Under the pieces are notes generated by a model. That model did not search any database. It was not told where the DNA came from and worked only from the letters and a program-made list of their open reading frames with translations. A DNA stretch of 64,000 nucleotides from Candidatus Saccharimonadota bacterium (GTDB lineage Bacteria; Patescibacteriota; Saccharimonadia; CAILAD01; BJGX01): the NCBI GenBank assembly GCA_014191035.1, contig BJGX01000001.1:24187-88186 (forward strand). Reading direction: 5' to 3'. A program made the translations under genes and the position numbers. This document shows positions 1 to 9,585 of this stretch, piece by piece. Positions within the stretch are counted from its first letter, which is position 1. Every line of letters starts with the position of its first letter.

Positions 1-790
1 TTTTAAAAATTATCGATCTTCGCTTGCTAGTAAATTGTTTTACAAAGTAAAAGACCAAGTAATGCGCAATATTGTTCTACGACAGGGGATTGGTAAAGCC
101 AGCTCAGTAATAGTGCCAACTGAATATGTTAAAGATGATGTTTCGAAAACTTTCAAAGTAAGAAAAAATAAAATACAAGTAACCTATGAGGCAGTTGAGC
201 AAAATTTTGCAAGTCCAGCCATTAATTTGGAAAAAAGGGGAATAAATAAACCATTTATTTTGTATGTCGGAAATGCATACCCACATAAAAATCTTGAAAG
301 AATGATTTTGGCCTTCGGCCGTCTTGTAACGAAATATATGCTTGATTATCAATTGGTAATTGCCGGCAAGAAGGATTCATTTCATGAGGGGCTTGAGGCT
401 GCAATAAAAGAAGCCGGCCTAGAGGACAGGGTAGTGTTTACTGGCTATGTTACCGACCGCGAGCTAGCAGGCTTATATAAAAATGCTAAGCTTTATGTTT
501 TTCCATCGCTTTCTGAGGGGTTTGGATTGCCACCACTTGAAGCTATGGCCTATGGACTACCTGTGGTAAGTTCTAATTCAACTTGTCTCCCGGAAGTTCT
601 TGGTGATGCCGCTGTATATTTTGACCCAAAAAGTATTGTTGAGATGTCTAATGCCATGGTTTCAGTTTTGACAGATGATAAACTTTCATCTGAACTTATA
701 AAAAAGGGCCAGAAGCAGGTGAAAAAATATAGTTGGAAAAAAACCGCAAAAGAAACCTTAGCCATATACGATAAGGCTTTATTAAAATAA
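1..790 (+). CDS. GT4 family (RfaB-like) glycosyltransferase, 5' end outside window
   Basis: YVGNAYPHKN and FPSLSEGFGLPPLEAMAYG GT4 motifs; frame is open back to the window edge. Confidence 0.9.
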   Translation, partial: FKNYRSSLASKLFYKVKDQVMRNIVLRQGIGKASSVIVPTEYVKDDVSKTFKVRKNKIQVTYEAVEQNFASPAINLEKRGINKPFILYVGNAYPHKNLERMILAFGRLVTKYMLDYQLVIAGKKDSFHEGLEAAIKEAGLEDRVVFTGYVTDRELAGLYKNAKLYVFPSLSEGFGLPPLEAMAYGLPVVSSNSTCLPEVLGDAAVYFDPKSIVEMSNAMVSVLTDDKLSSELIKKGQKQVKKYSWKKTAKETLAIYDKALLK

Positions 791-796
791 ATTTAT

Positions 797-1843
797 TTAT
801 TTATTGGCTATATTTGAGTCATTAATTAGATTCTTAACAATATCCCACATTTCATTCTGACCTTGCTGTTTTAGGTGCCACCACCATTCAGCACCCCAAA
901 GATCGAACTCGCGTATTCTAGTTTGTCTGGCGTATTCAATATTTTCTGCAAATTGTTTCGGGTTCATTGAACGCATTGCCTCGGCATAGTCTAGATATTC
1001 ATTTCCCCTTGGTCCCCAGGCTTCTGCTTGAAGCTCATGTATTTTTATCTCTTGGTTTTTTAATGCAGATATTATGCCTGCTTTCCACCAAAAATATACA
1101 CCATTTTGTGGGTACTTATAGTAGCCAATCTCTTTTTTCCACGACCACTTGTACATAGAAAATCCAAAAATATCTCCAAATGGACCTTGAACAGGAAAAC
1201 CGTATTGATCTGATTGTGATATGAGAATCGGCCGGGTGTTATCTATGCTTTTTAGAGCATCAAGCTCTTTTTTTAATTGCTTTCCAGTCAGCATATTTTT
1301 AGGGCACTCACCAAAAGCTTTTAAAATAAATTCATTCTCAAGCTGCCACTTATTTACGGTTGGGTTGTCTTTGTATCTTTTTGCAACTTCCTCTACATAT
1401 TTGACTGCAGACTTTGATGTGGCTTCTGTGTCTTTTGTGTTAATCCAGTCTGGATAAAAACATTCTGGGTAGCGAATATTCTTTTGTCCCACAACTACTG
1501 TTACTTTTGCATCTCTTTTGCTGGCTTCATTAATCATCCAGTCGAGTTCTGTGAAATCGAAACTTCCTTCGGTAGGCTCAATCCTGTTCCAGTAGGCGGG
1601 GAGGCGTAATTGCTTAAACCCCAAGCCATCTAAAACATCTATATAGTTTTGCTGCCAATTGCTACCATAGCGCTCAGCTTGAATTTGCGAAAAGCTAACT
1701 CCAATTACTTCTGGCTTAAGTTTGTTAAGCCGATTAAACCTAAGCATCAATAAAAATGTTTCAAAAAGAATGATAACAAATACAATTAAAAGTATTATCA
1801 GGGCTTTTTTTGTGGCAGATAAATTTTTGAACTTTTTTAGCAT
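797..1843 (-). CDS. Membrane-anchored clan GH-A glycoside hydrolase (GH42/GH5-like)
   Basis: N-terminal TM helix; RLPAYWNRIEP, WQLENE (acid/base) and HELQAE (nucleophile) motifs. Confidence 0.75.
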   Translation of the reverse strand: MLKKFKNLSATKKALIILLIVFVIILFETFLLMLRFNRLNKLKPEVIGVSFSQIQAERYGSNWQQNYIDVLDGLGFKQLRLPAYWNRIEPTEGSFDFTELDWMINEASKRDAKVTVVVGQKNIRYPECFYPDWINTKDTEATSKSAVKYVEEVAKRYKDNPTVNKWQLENEFILKAFGECPKNMLTGKQLKKELDALKSIDNTRPILISQSDQYGFPVQGPFGDIFGFSMYKWSWKKEIGYYKYPQNGVYFWWKAGIISALKNQEIKIHELQAEAWGPRGNEYLDYAEAMRSMNPKQFAENIEYARQTRIREFDLWGAEWWWHLKQQGQNEMWDIVKNLINDSNIANK

Positions 1844-1892
1844 GTATGTATTTTACCTATAACAGCAGTAATTAACAAAAATAAAAGCTAGC

Positions 1893-2996
1893 TCACTTGG
1901 AGCTAGCTTGTTCGATATACCAAGGATGATTAACATCATCGCTGGCTCGGAAACGAATTGAATTCTTGATTTCTACACAGAACTTTTCGTAATCTTCGTT
2001 TTCTTGTTTAATCATTAGGTAAAGTTCTTGAATCTGTATTTTAAGATTGGTAAAAAATTCAATGTACAAATCCTCATTTGGAATTACCGATAGCAAAACT
2101 TTGAGGATCCTAAAGTTCTCTTTTGTATTAACACCTTTTTGGATATCCGCAACAAGATTACGGATTGCCATGAGCTGCACTTCGGCAGTAAAGACATCTA
2201 TAGTTCTTGGCAAAGATGAAGTATTATTAAGTTCAATCATTTTTTTGACGTATAGAACACCAAAAAGCATAGGCTTGAAAATATTCTTTTCGATTCTACG
2301 GTTTAGCTCACGCTCAATAGTTATGGGTGAGAGCCTGTGAATGTTTCTCATATCCCATATGTCTTGCTCGATTGAAGCATAAAGCTTTGTAGCGAATCGC
2401 CGCCGTTTTTGGAGTGATCCTTCACTACGAGTTTCTCGGCCAATTTGCTTTTCAAGACGTGTTGCAATTGCTGTGTACTTAGCGCTTGCAGCACCAGGGT
2501 TGATTCGACCACGTTTGTCGGTAAGGCCTGGATTGACCTCCCACGCTTCAGCAATTGGTTTGGTGCGCCTTCCACTTATTGCAAAGCGTAGCTCATCAAT
2601 CGAACTTTCTAATTCTGCTTGCTTTTCTTCTGAAATCTTAAGCTGATTCCAGTTGGCAAGGATCATTGTTCTTGAATTGTAAATAAACTGTAGGTAGTAA
2701 AGGTATTCAAGCTTGGTAGCATTGATCCTCTCGCTGCCATTTAGTCCGCTCGAAAAAAGCGTTGGAAGAAACAAAGATGCTGTGTACTCACTTGAGTCAG
2801 AAGGTTTTACAAGGGTAATAATTTCACCAACCATATTGATGTCGTCTGACTTTGTAACAACCTCAAATTTCCAGCCGCTGCCAGGTTCTCCGGCGCAATG
2901 AATTGGCTTAGTTACTAAAAACTTATCTTTGTACTTTCTGCCTTTTGGTTCAAATACATGAGAGGGTCCGTACCAAACATTTGAAAATCCGCTCAT
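1893..2996 (-). CDS. Hypothetical protein (367 aa from ATG 2996)
   Basis: Long ORF; AGGAG SD before ATG 2996; the ORF-track start at 3053 lies inside the promoter. Confidence 0.7.
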   Translation of the reverse strand: MSGFSNVWYGPSHVFEPKGRKYKDKFLVTKPIHCAGEPGSGWKFEVVTKSDDINMVGEIITLVKPSDSSEYTASLFLPTLFSSGLNGSERINATKLEYLYYLQFIYNSRTMILANWNQLKISEEKQAELESSIDELRFAISGRRTKPIAEAWEVNPGLTDKRGRINPGAASAKYTAIATRLEKQIGRETRSEGSLQKRRRFATKLYASIEQDIWDMRNIHRLSPITIERELNRRIEKNIFKPMLFGVLYVKKMIELNNTSSLPRTIDVFTAEVQLMAIRNLVADIQKGVNTKENFRILKVLLSVIPNEDLYIEFFTNLKIQIQELYLMIKQENEDYEKFCVEIKNSIRFRASDDVNHPWYIEQASSK

Positions 2997-3044
2997 TCGT
3001 CTCCTAGGATTTTGGGGTACTTTTGCGATCTGCAAAACTGGAAT

Positions 3045-3073
3045 ATTATACAATTTTTTATAGTGTTAATCAA
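3045..3073 (-). promoter_or_regulatory. Sigma70-type promoter of the 367-aa orphan gene
   Basis: TTGATT-17 bp-TATAAT on the minus strand. Confidence 0.7.
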
Positions 3074-3097
3074 TAAAAAAGCCCCAATAATGGGGCT
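3074..3097 (-). terminator. Intrinsic terminator after the WhiB gene
   Basis: AGCCCCA/TGGGGCT stem followed by a T-run on the minus strand. Confidence 0.75.
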
Positions 3098-3105
3098 ATC
3101 GGAAA

Positions 3106-3351
3106 TTACCTTTCCGCTTTATTAAACCGAAGCTTGCGCCTTTGCTTTTCTGTAGTGCCACCCCAGACACCAATTTCATTATTGGAAATCGCGTATTCGC
3201 GACACTTATCGATAATTGGGCATTTCTGACAGATTTTTACTGCTTCACGCTGCTCACCGATATAAAGAGAGTAGAAAAGTCTTCGGTTTTCGAAATTACA
3301 GATGCCTTCTTCCATCCACTGGGATGTTAAGTTATCTACATACGGCTTCAT
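3106..3351 (-). CDS. whiB: WhiB family Fe-S transcription factor
   Basis: Four Cys (C...CxxC.....C), GVWGG turn, basic C-terminus; G-rich SD before ATG 3351. Confidence 0.88.
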   Translation of the reverse strand: MKPYVDNLTSQWMEEGICNFENRRLFYSLYIGEQREAVKICQKCPIIDKCREYAISNNEIGVWGGTTEKQRRKLRFNKAER

Positions 3352-3395
3352 ACTTCCCCCTTGGTACATTCAGTGTGGCTACTGAAAGTTAAATT

Positions 3396-3424
3396 ATATT
3401 AAAACATTTTGTATCTTTAGTCAA
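3396..3424 (-). promoter_or_regulatory. Sigma70-type promoter of the WhiB gene
   Basis: TTGACT-17 bp-TAATAT on the minus strand. Confidence 0.65.
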
Positions 3425-3484
3425 TCTCTTTGATATTGACCAAAATGGCCTCAACAGATATAATCACTTGGTAAATATAAATAT

Positions 3485-3559
3485 TCCGGGGTAGCTCAGT
3501 GGTAGAGCAGTTGGCTGTTAACCAATTGGTCGCTGGTTCGAATCCAGTCCCCGGAGCCA
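3485..3559 (+). tRNA. tRNA-Asn(GTT)
   Basis: Cloverleaf, anticodon loop CTGTTAA, GTTCGAATC T-loop, encoded CCA. Confidence 0.97.
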
Positions 3560-3568
3560 GTATGAACG

Positions 3569-3594
3569 AACAGAGGTTAAAGCCTCTGTTTTTT
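3569..3594 (+). terminator. Hairpin/terminator after tRNA-Asn
   Basis: AACAGAGG/CCTCTGTT stem plus T-run. Confidence 0.7.
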
Positions 3595-3596
3595 CT

Positions 3597-3821
3597 TTAA
3601 TAGCGATAATTCCCCGTTCTAACCTTAATGAATTCTTTCTCTAGCGCTGGGTATGCATCTGCGATAGGAACAAGCCATTTATTGGCTTCGAGAAGCAATT
3701 TGCCATCTAATATCGAAATATTCTGACCCAATCCAGAAAGAATCTCCTTTTTCTTTTTTAAGTCACCAAGTGAAAATTCTTTCTTAGCATAAGTTGCAAA
3801 GTCGAAGGTCTTTTCGGTTAA
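3597..3821 (-). pseudogene. C-terminal remnant of a tRNA-targeting large serine recombinase
   Basis: Start-less 74-codon frame LTEKTFDFATYAKKEFSLGDLKKKKEILSGLGQN...YPALEKEF pointing into the tRNA 3' end; resembles CPR recombinase C-termini as I recall them. Confidence 0.65.
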
Positions 3822-3872
3822 GCAGGGCGGGAAAGTTTACTTATCTGAATGCGACGCGGCATATCTTGATAG

Positions 3873-3889
3873 TCCAGCCACCGGAGCCA
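3873..3889 (+). repeat. Degenerate att-like copy of the tRNA-Asn 3' end
   Basis: TCCAGCCACCGGAGCCA vs TCCAGTCCCCGGAGCCA (3543-3559), 15/17 identical. Confidence 0.7.
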
Positions 3890-3941
3890 AACATAAACAC
3901 TATCTTGTAGATCATGGTGTTTTTACTTTATACTTAAAAGC

Positions 3942-4454
3942 ATGAAAACACCCCCGGCCCCAAAAGGATATAATACGATAAACCCATTTGTGTTCACGAA
4001 AGGCGCACAAAAATTTATAGAATTTGTCAAAGAAGTATTCGGCGCTGTTGAGCGAGAGGACGCTTTCACACTTGATACCGACGGACTTATCCTACATTCA
4101 GAGCTTGAGTTGGGGAATTCGGTATTGATGTGCGTCGACACGAAGCCCGATTGGCCAACAACCCCTGCGTTTATTCAGGTATACGTTGACGATGTTGAAA
4201 AAACGCTTGCCACTGGCGAGAGCTTAGGGTCGACAATAGTAACGAGGCCCACGGATTTCTATGGCGATACGTTTTCTCGTATGCTCGACCCGTTTGGCAA
4301 CTTATGGTGGATATATCAGCACAATGAAGTAGAGGTTGAGCGGAGTGCGGAAAGACCAGATGCAGACCAGAGTGCCGAATGGGACGCGTCAAGTGATTCG
4401 CTGAACTATATACACGATACAATTATGCAGGTTATGCCAACACTTGGTAAATGA
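3942..4454 (+). CDS. VOC/glyoxalase (PhnB-like) protein
   Basis: PKGYNTINPF, HSELELGNSVLM and DPFGNLWWI motifs. Confidence 0.85.
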   Translation: MKTPPAPKGYNTINPFVFTKGAQKFIEFVKEVFGAVEREDAFTLDTDGLILHSELELGNSVLMCVDTKPDWPTTPAFIQVYVDDVEKTLATGESLGSTIVTRPTDFYGDTFSRMLDPFGNLWWIYQHNEVEVERSAERPDADQSAEWDASSDSLNYIHDTIMQVMPTLGK

Positions 4455-4684
4455 AAAACAACCCAACCTCAATCACAGGCCAAATTAACCAAAAAGCAAT
4501 TGATCTTCTTAGTGATAGTCCGGAAGGAATACGATGGAGTGAAATGCTAAAACTTATTCAGAGTGCGTACCCTGAATTTCACCCAAAAACAATAAATGGA
4601 ACTGTTTGGAAGTTGGTAGAGAATAACCCCAAAGAGGTCTATAAGCCTGAAAAAGGACTTTTTAAGCACACTAAGTTTAAGTAG
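4451..4684 (+). CDS. Small hypothetical protein, possible winged helix
   Basis: ATGA-like overlap with the upstream stop; helix-helix-helix-strand pattern. Confidence 0.6.
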   Translation: MKNNPTSITGQINQKAIDLLSDSPEGIRWSEMLKLIQSAYPEFHPKTINGTVWKLVENNPKEVYKPEKGLFKHTKFK

Positions 4685-5248
4685 CTATCGGCAAATTTTA
4701 ATATTTTTAAGGTAATTTATTAAAATTCCTGCAAAAGCTATCTGGAATATTAGTTGGCTTTGAATCATAAAGCCGCTATCTAGCGATAAGTAAAAGTAAC
4801 TAAACAGACCACTAGTGAGCATGACTAGTATTAAAAAGTATGTTAAGTAACTTCGGCCATTTCGAACTACCAAATAGAAAGATGTTAAAAGTTGAGTAAC
4901 AAATAGACTTGTGCCAAAAAATTTATGAATATTTGCAAGAACAGTGTGAGGAGTTATGGTTAAGCCCACCATAAAAAGGGCCATAATAATAAGTATAATT
5001 TTTAGAACTTTTGCGGTTTGACACTTATCCTTAAGGCTATTTGAGGCCAACCAAAGAAAAAAAGCATAGCTTAAAAAGGCAAGCGAATAGGGAATGACTG
5101 TTTTTGCAACTGCTCCAAAATAGCTAAACCCATTGTTTGCAGACAAACTTTCCGGATCAATTAATACGCAAAGTAGTAACAACGACACGGCGATAGTTAT
5201 ACCCATATATATGTATTGGTAGCTTTTTAGCGATGTAAGCTTTTTCAT
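4685..5248 (-). CDS. Polytopic membrane protein (DUF998-like)
   Basis: About 6 hydrophobic segments. Confidence 0.65.
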   Translation of the reverse strand: MKKLTSLKSYQYIYMGITIAVSLLLLCVLIDPESLSANNGFSYFGAVAKTVIPYSLAFLSYAFFLWLASNSLKDKCQTAKVLKIILIIMALFMVGLTITPHTVLANIHKFFGTSLFVTQLLTSFYLVVRNGRSYLTYFLILVMLTSGLFSYFYLSLDSGFMIQSQLIFQIAFAGILINYLKNIKICR

Positions 5249-5299
5249 AAAATATTAATATACTTATATACATAAGAATTATAGTGTATATTTTAATTA

Positions 5300-6547
5300 A
5301 TGGCCAAAAAGAAAAAAGCAGTCAAAACTAGGCATTTACACCCATTAATCGCCATATTGATTTTGTGCCTTTTAGCAATTGCAATATTTCTAATTTTTAA
5401 TAACTTGCAGGCAAGGAGATTTCAATCAAATCTAAATAATTTTTACAATACCACAGACATCCCTCTGCAAGGCCCCCTGGGTGAATTAATAAGAAGTGAA
5501 CCAGTAGCAACTGACCTGCAAAACGGAAGCGCAAATAGAATTATTTATAGAACTCAAAAAAAAGATGGAACAATAACATTTTCTTCCGGAATGATTTATA
5601 TTCCATCAAAAGCCGCAGCTAGCCCTAGGCCAATAATGGCATGGGCCCACGGAACCATTGGAATGGGCGATTCGTGCGCGCCATCTCGCCAGAAGGTTCC
5701 AAATGTTAACAATGGAATTACATGGGTGGATTCAATGCTAGAAAAGGGCTGGGTGGTTACTGCCACCGATTATGCGGGCCTAGGTACGCCCGGAACAGAG
5801 GCTTACTTGGTTGGCCAGGCCGAAGCTAATGATGTCTTAAATAGCGTTAGGGCGGCTAAAAACTTCAACGGTAGCGACGCCGGGAATGATTATGCTGTTT
5901 GGGGGCATTCACAGGGAGGTCATTCGGCTCTTTTTAGCTCGGCAAGGGCCCGTTCATATCTTCCAGACTTTAAGTTAGTTGGTACAGTTGCATCGGCACC
6001 GGCAGCAGAACTGCCATCGCTTTTTAGTCAGCAAGAAAACACCGCTGTCGCCTGGATTATTGGCCCAGAAGCAAGCTTGTCTTGGCCGGATAATTACCCG
6101 GGAATAAATTTGAGCTCAGTATTAACTAAGCAAGGCCTTAATAGCTATAAGGGTATTGCCGAAAAATGTATCAACCAAGCTGCAATAGATGGCTTGATTC
6201 GCCAAAGGCTTGGGCAGAAGTTTTTTAACGAGGATGTGTCAAACAATTCTGCCTGGCAGACTATTTTAAATGAACAGACTGCCCCGACACTAGCACCGAA
6301 TCAGCCCTTGATGGTTGCTGAAAGTTTGACTGACAATGTAGTGCTACCAAACACAACAGCAAAATACATACAAAGATCTTGCCAGGCAGGCTCTAACCTT
6401 ACGCAGCTTTGGCTGACAAACGTAAATCACATTGCTCTGCAATCAGTTATATCGCCTAGCGTAATTAATTGGTTAGATGATAGATTTAATGGCAGACCTA
6501 ACATATCTAATTGCAACCAACCTTTACCGATAGCCCCGGCACAATAA
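5300..6547 (+). CDS. Membrane-anchored secretory lipase (LIP family alpha/beta hydrolase)
   Basis: N-terminal TM; WAHGTIG, TDYAGLG, GHSQGG nucleophile elbow, C-terminal Asp/His. Confidence 0.85.
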   Translation: MAKKKKAVKTRHLHPLIAILILCLLAIAIFLIFNNLQARRFQSNLNNFYNTTDIPLQGPLGELIRSEPVATDLQNGSANRIIYRTQKKDGTITFSSGMIYIPSKAAASPRPIMAWAHGTIGMGDSCAPSRQKVPNVNNGITWVDSMLEKGWVVTATDYAGLGTPGTEAYLVGQAEANDVLNSVRAAKNFNGSDAGNDYAVWGHSQGGHSALFSSARARSYLPDFKLVGTVASAPAAELPSLFSQQENTAVAWIIGPEASLSWPDNYPGINLSSVLTKQGLNSYKGIAEKCINQAAIDGLIRQRLGQKFFNEDVSNNSAWQTILNEQTAPTLAPNQPLMVAESLTDNVVLPNTTAKYIQRSCQAGSNLTQLWLTNVNHIALQSVISPSVINWLDDRFNGRPNISNCNQPLPIAPAQ

Positions 6548-6587
6548 TATCCTGTAAAAATATCTGCTAAAGGTGTAATATATAGGC

Positions 6588-7643
6588 ATGAAAGATAGTA
6601 TTAACGATATTTCGAATCAGACAATAATTAGAATTTTGCTAATAATTCTGTCCTTTGTTGTTGGGATTTTTTTAGTAGTTACACTAAGACAGCAATTATT
6701 ATGGCTTGGAATTTCATTTTTCTTTGCTCTGGCTTTAGAACCTCCAGTTAATTGGATTAGTAAACGATTGCCTAAGCAAAGCCGTGGTCTAGCAGTATTT
6801 TTTGTGGTCGCTTTTACTATTTCTGCAGTTGCTTATTTAGTATCTTTAATTGGTCCTCCCATCGTAAAGCAGTTTAGTGAAATGATTACTAATTTGCCTG
6901 CTTACTACCAAAGCTTTATAAATGATAATAATTTGGTTTCGAATTATTTACGTACGGTTGATGTGCCGAAAAGTTTATCTGTGAACGGTCAAAGTATTGC
7001 TAACTTTTTTGCCAGCACGGGCGGTGGGGTCAGCAGGGTATTTAGCAATGTCTTTAGTAGTATTTTTGCTTTCTTATCAATTTTGGTTTTTACATTTTTC
7101 ATGGTTTTGGAATGGCCAAAGTGGCACGACATAGTATGGAAATACCAAGATCCTAAAAAGAGAAAAAGAAGAAAAGAGCTTTATGCACGTATGCAAAAAA
7201 CTGTTAGTGGTTATATCGGTGGCAATCTTTTGACAAGTATTATCGCTGGAATAGTTGCAGTGATATTTTTTGCAATTTTCAAAAACCCATATGCTATAGC
7301 CCTGGGCTTTATGGTAGCAATTTTTGATTTGATACCAATGTTTGGTGCGTTAATAGCGGCAATAATTGCTGTGTCGGTTGTGCTAGTTTATGGTGGGGTC
7401 AGCCAGGCAATAATTACAGCTATATTCTTCCTTGTTTATCAACAAATTGAAAATAATATTTTGCAGCCTTATGTATTCTCTAAGACCGTAAACATCTCGC
7501 CATTAATAGCAGGGGTAGCAGCTTTGTTTGGGGCATCGCTTGCAGGGCTTATTGGGGCATTGGTAGCAATCCCAATTGCAGCATCGCTTCAAATACTCGT
7601 AAAAGACTATTTAGACACAAAATACTCTAATACTTCTAAATAA
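6588..7643 (+). CDS. AI-2E family transporter
   Basis: LIPMFGA and QQIENNILQP motifs, multiple TMs. Confidence 0.88.
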   Translation: MKDSINDISNQTIIRILLIILSFVVGIFLVVTLRQQLLWLGISFFFALALEPPVNWISKRLPKQSRGLAVFFVVAFTISAVAYLVSLIGPPIVKQFSEMITNLPAYYQSFINDNNLVSNYLRTVDVPKSLSVNGQSIANFFASTGGGVSRVFSNVFSSIFAFLSILVFTFFMVLEWPKWHDIVWKYQDPKKRKRRKELYARMQKTVSGYIGGNLLTSIIAGIVAVIFFAIFKNPYAIALGFMVAIFDLIPMFGALIAAIIAVSVVLVYGGVSQAIITAIFFLVYQQIENNILQPYVFSKTVNISPLIAGVAALFGASLAGLIGALVAIPIAASLQILVKDYLDTKYSNTSK

Positions 7644-7684
7644 CTGTTTATACTTGGCGGTAATTAATTTAAAATGGATATACT

Positions 7685-8824
7685 ATGGATAAACACAATT
7701 TTGATAATGAAGCTATAAAAAAGCACTTAGAACTTAAGGGCAAGATAGAAGTAAACCCTAAAGGTAGTGTACAAAACGAAGATGATTTAAGTATTTACTA
7801 CACCCCAGGTGTAGGAGCAGTATCGAAGCTACTTTCAGAAAGCCCCGATAAAGCCAAGGACTACACAATAAAATCCAATACTGTAGCAGTAGTATCAGAT
7901 GGCTCTGCGGTGCTGGGCCTTGGCAATGTTGGCCCAGAAGCAGCAATGCCAGTTATGGAAGGAAAGGCCATGCTGTTTAAGGACTTGGCTGGTGTGGATG
8001 CGTTTCCAATTTGTTTGGACACTCAAGACGAAGATGAAATAGTTTCTACAATCAAAAATATAGCACCTGTTTTTGCAGGGGTGAATTTAGAGGATATTGC
8101 GTCGCCAAAGTGTTTCGAAATCGAAAGAAGATTGCAAGAAGAATTAGATATTCCGGTCATTCATGATGATCAGCATGCTACGGCAATTGCTGTTTTGGCT
8201 GGACTAATAAACGCACTTAAGGTTACCAATAAAGACAAGGGTAATTGCAAGGTGGTTATCGTTGGCTCTGGAGCAGCAGGAAGCGGCGTTGCAAGACTCC
8301 TAGATAAGTGGGGCATAGGTGATATTATTATGGTAGATAGTAAAGGCATTATTTCTAGCCAGAGAGATGATCTAGATGAAAATAAACAAAAGCTACTAAA
8401 GGTAACGAATAAAAATGATATTAACGGAAGCCTTGCTGATGCTATGGAAGGAAGCGACATATTCTTGGGGTTATCACAAGGCAATCTTATAAACGCTGGT
8501 CATATTTCAAGTATGAACTCAGACCCTATAGTATTTGCAATGGCCAACCCAGTGCCTGAAATTGAACCTAATATAGCACTTGAAGCCGGAGCTAAGGTTG
8601 TGGCTACGGGGAGGTCAGACTACCCAAATCAAATAAACAATGTTTTGGTTTTTCCGGGTATGTTTAAAGGTGCTATCAGCACCAAGACTAAAGAAATCAC
8701 TGACGAAATTAAATTAAAAGCCGCAGAAAACCTAGCATCAGTAGTTGAGAAGCCAAATACAGAAAAAATAATCCCAAGTGTTTTTGATAGTGGTGTGGTG
8801 GAGTCGATTGTTTCGGCATTTTAA
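7685..8824 (+). CDS. NAD(P)-dependent malic enzyme
   Basis: YTPGV, DGSAVLGLG, PVMEGKA, NLEDI, HDDQH, ANPVPEI, GRSDYPNQINN. Confidence 0.93.
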   Translation: MDKHNFDNEAIKKHLELKGKIEVNPKGSVQNEDDLSIYYTPGVGAVSKLLSESPDKAKDYTIKSNTVAVVSDGSAVLGLGNVGPEAAMPVMEGKAMLFKDLAGVDAFPICLDTQDEDEIVSTIKNIAPVFAGVNLEDIASPKCFEIERRLQEELDIPVIHDDQHATAIAVLAGLINALKVTNKDKGNCKVVIVGSGAAGSGVARLLDKWGIGDIIMVDSKGIISSQRDDLDENKQKLLKVTNKNDINGSLADAMEGSDIFLGLSQGNLINAGHISSMNSDPIVFAMANPVPEIEPNIALEAGAKVVATGRSDYPNQINNVLVFPGMFKGAISTKTKEITDEIKLKAAENLASVVEKPNTEKIIPSVFDSGVVESIVSAF

Positions 8825-8889
8825 GTAAGCTTGAGCACTATAAGTAAATAGGGTAAAGTTTAATTAGTAATTAATCGAGGAAATATTAA

Positions 8890-9585
8890 ATGCCTACTAA
8901 GAAAACCACTAGCCCAAAAAAACAAAGTGCAATTAAACAGCAAACGATTTCAAGCAGTAATGAAAAGAAAACAAATACGATCTCTATTTTTGCGATTATT
9001 TTAACTTTTCTTTTGTTCACAATACCTATTGTTGGTTTAGTTCTAGGAATTATTGCACTCGTACAAATCAATAAAAGAAAAGAGGGTGGTAAGGGGCTTG
9101 CGATTGCCTCTATTGTGATATCAAGCATATTTATAGTTTTACAAATTATATTCTGGATATTTATAGTTTCCCTGGCGAGTTTAGGTGACGGCATAACGAA
9201 TGGTCGAAGATCATTCACCTTTAATAAAGATGGCAATTCAGTATCGCTAGGAGGAAATGTATCTCTTCCTTCTGGTTTTCCAAGCGATGTACCAATCTAT
9301 CCAGACTCTAAGATAAAACTTTCTACAAAGTCAGATAAGGGAGACTATTCCGTTACACTAACTACTCAGGATGGACAAAGTAAAGTGGCAGATTATTATA
9401 AGACCGAAATGGTATCAAAAGGATGGACTTCTGGAGATGAACAGGCTCTGGGCGAGATAGGACAAATGAATGCCGTAGGAACCTATACAAAGGGCGATCT
9501 TAAAACCACTCTAGTTGTCTTGCAGGGACAAAATAGCCCAACAACAACTGTGTTTATAACAGTCAACAAGTCTAACCAACAATGA
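8890..9585 (+). CDS. DUF4190-like membrane protein with extracellular domain
   Basis: GIIALVQI...GKGLAIA two-TM motif; LPSGFPSDVPIYP domain. Confidence 0.7.
   Translation: MPTKKTTSPKKQSAIKQQTISSSNEKKTNTISIFAIILTFLLFTIPIVGLVLGIIALVQINKRKEGGKGLAIASIVISSIFIVLQIIFWIFIVSLASLGDGITNGRRSFTFNKDGNSVSLGGNVSLPSGFPSDVPIYPDSKIKLSTKSDKGDYSVTLTTQDGQSKVADYYKTEMVSKGWTSGDEQALGEIGQMNAVGTYTKGDLKTTLVVLQGQNSPTTTVFITVNKSNQQ

Noticed and set aside
3106-4684. Prophage around WhiB and tRNA-Asn
   Set aside because: No phage structural or replication genes, and WhiB lies outside the att-bounded remnant.
6588-7643. AI-2E transporter as evidence of quorum sensing
   Set aside because: The family is widespread with diverse substrates; no luxS or lsr genes are nearby.
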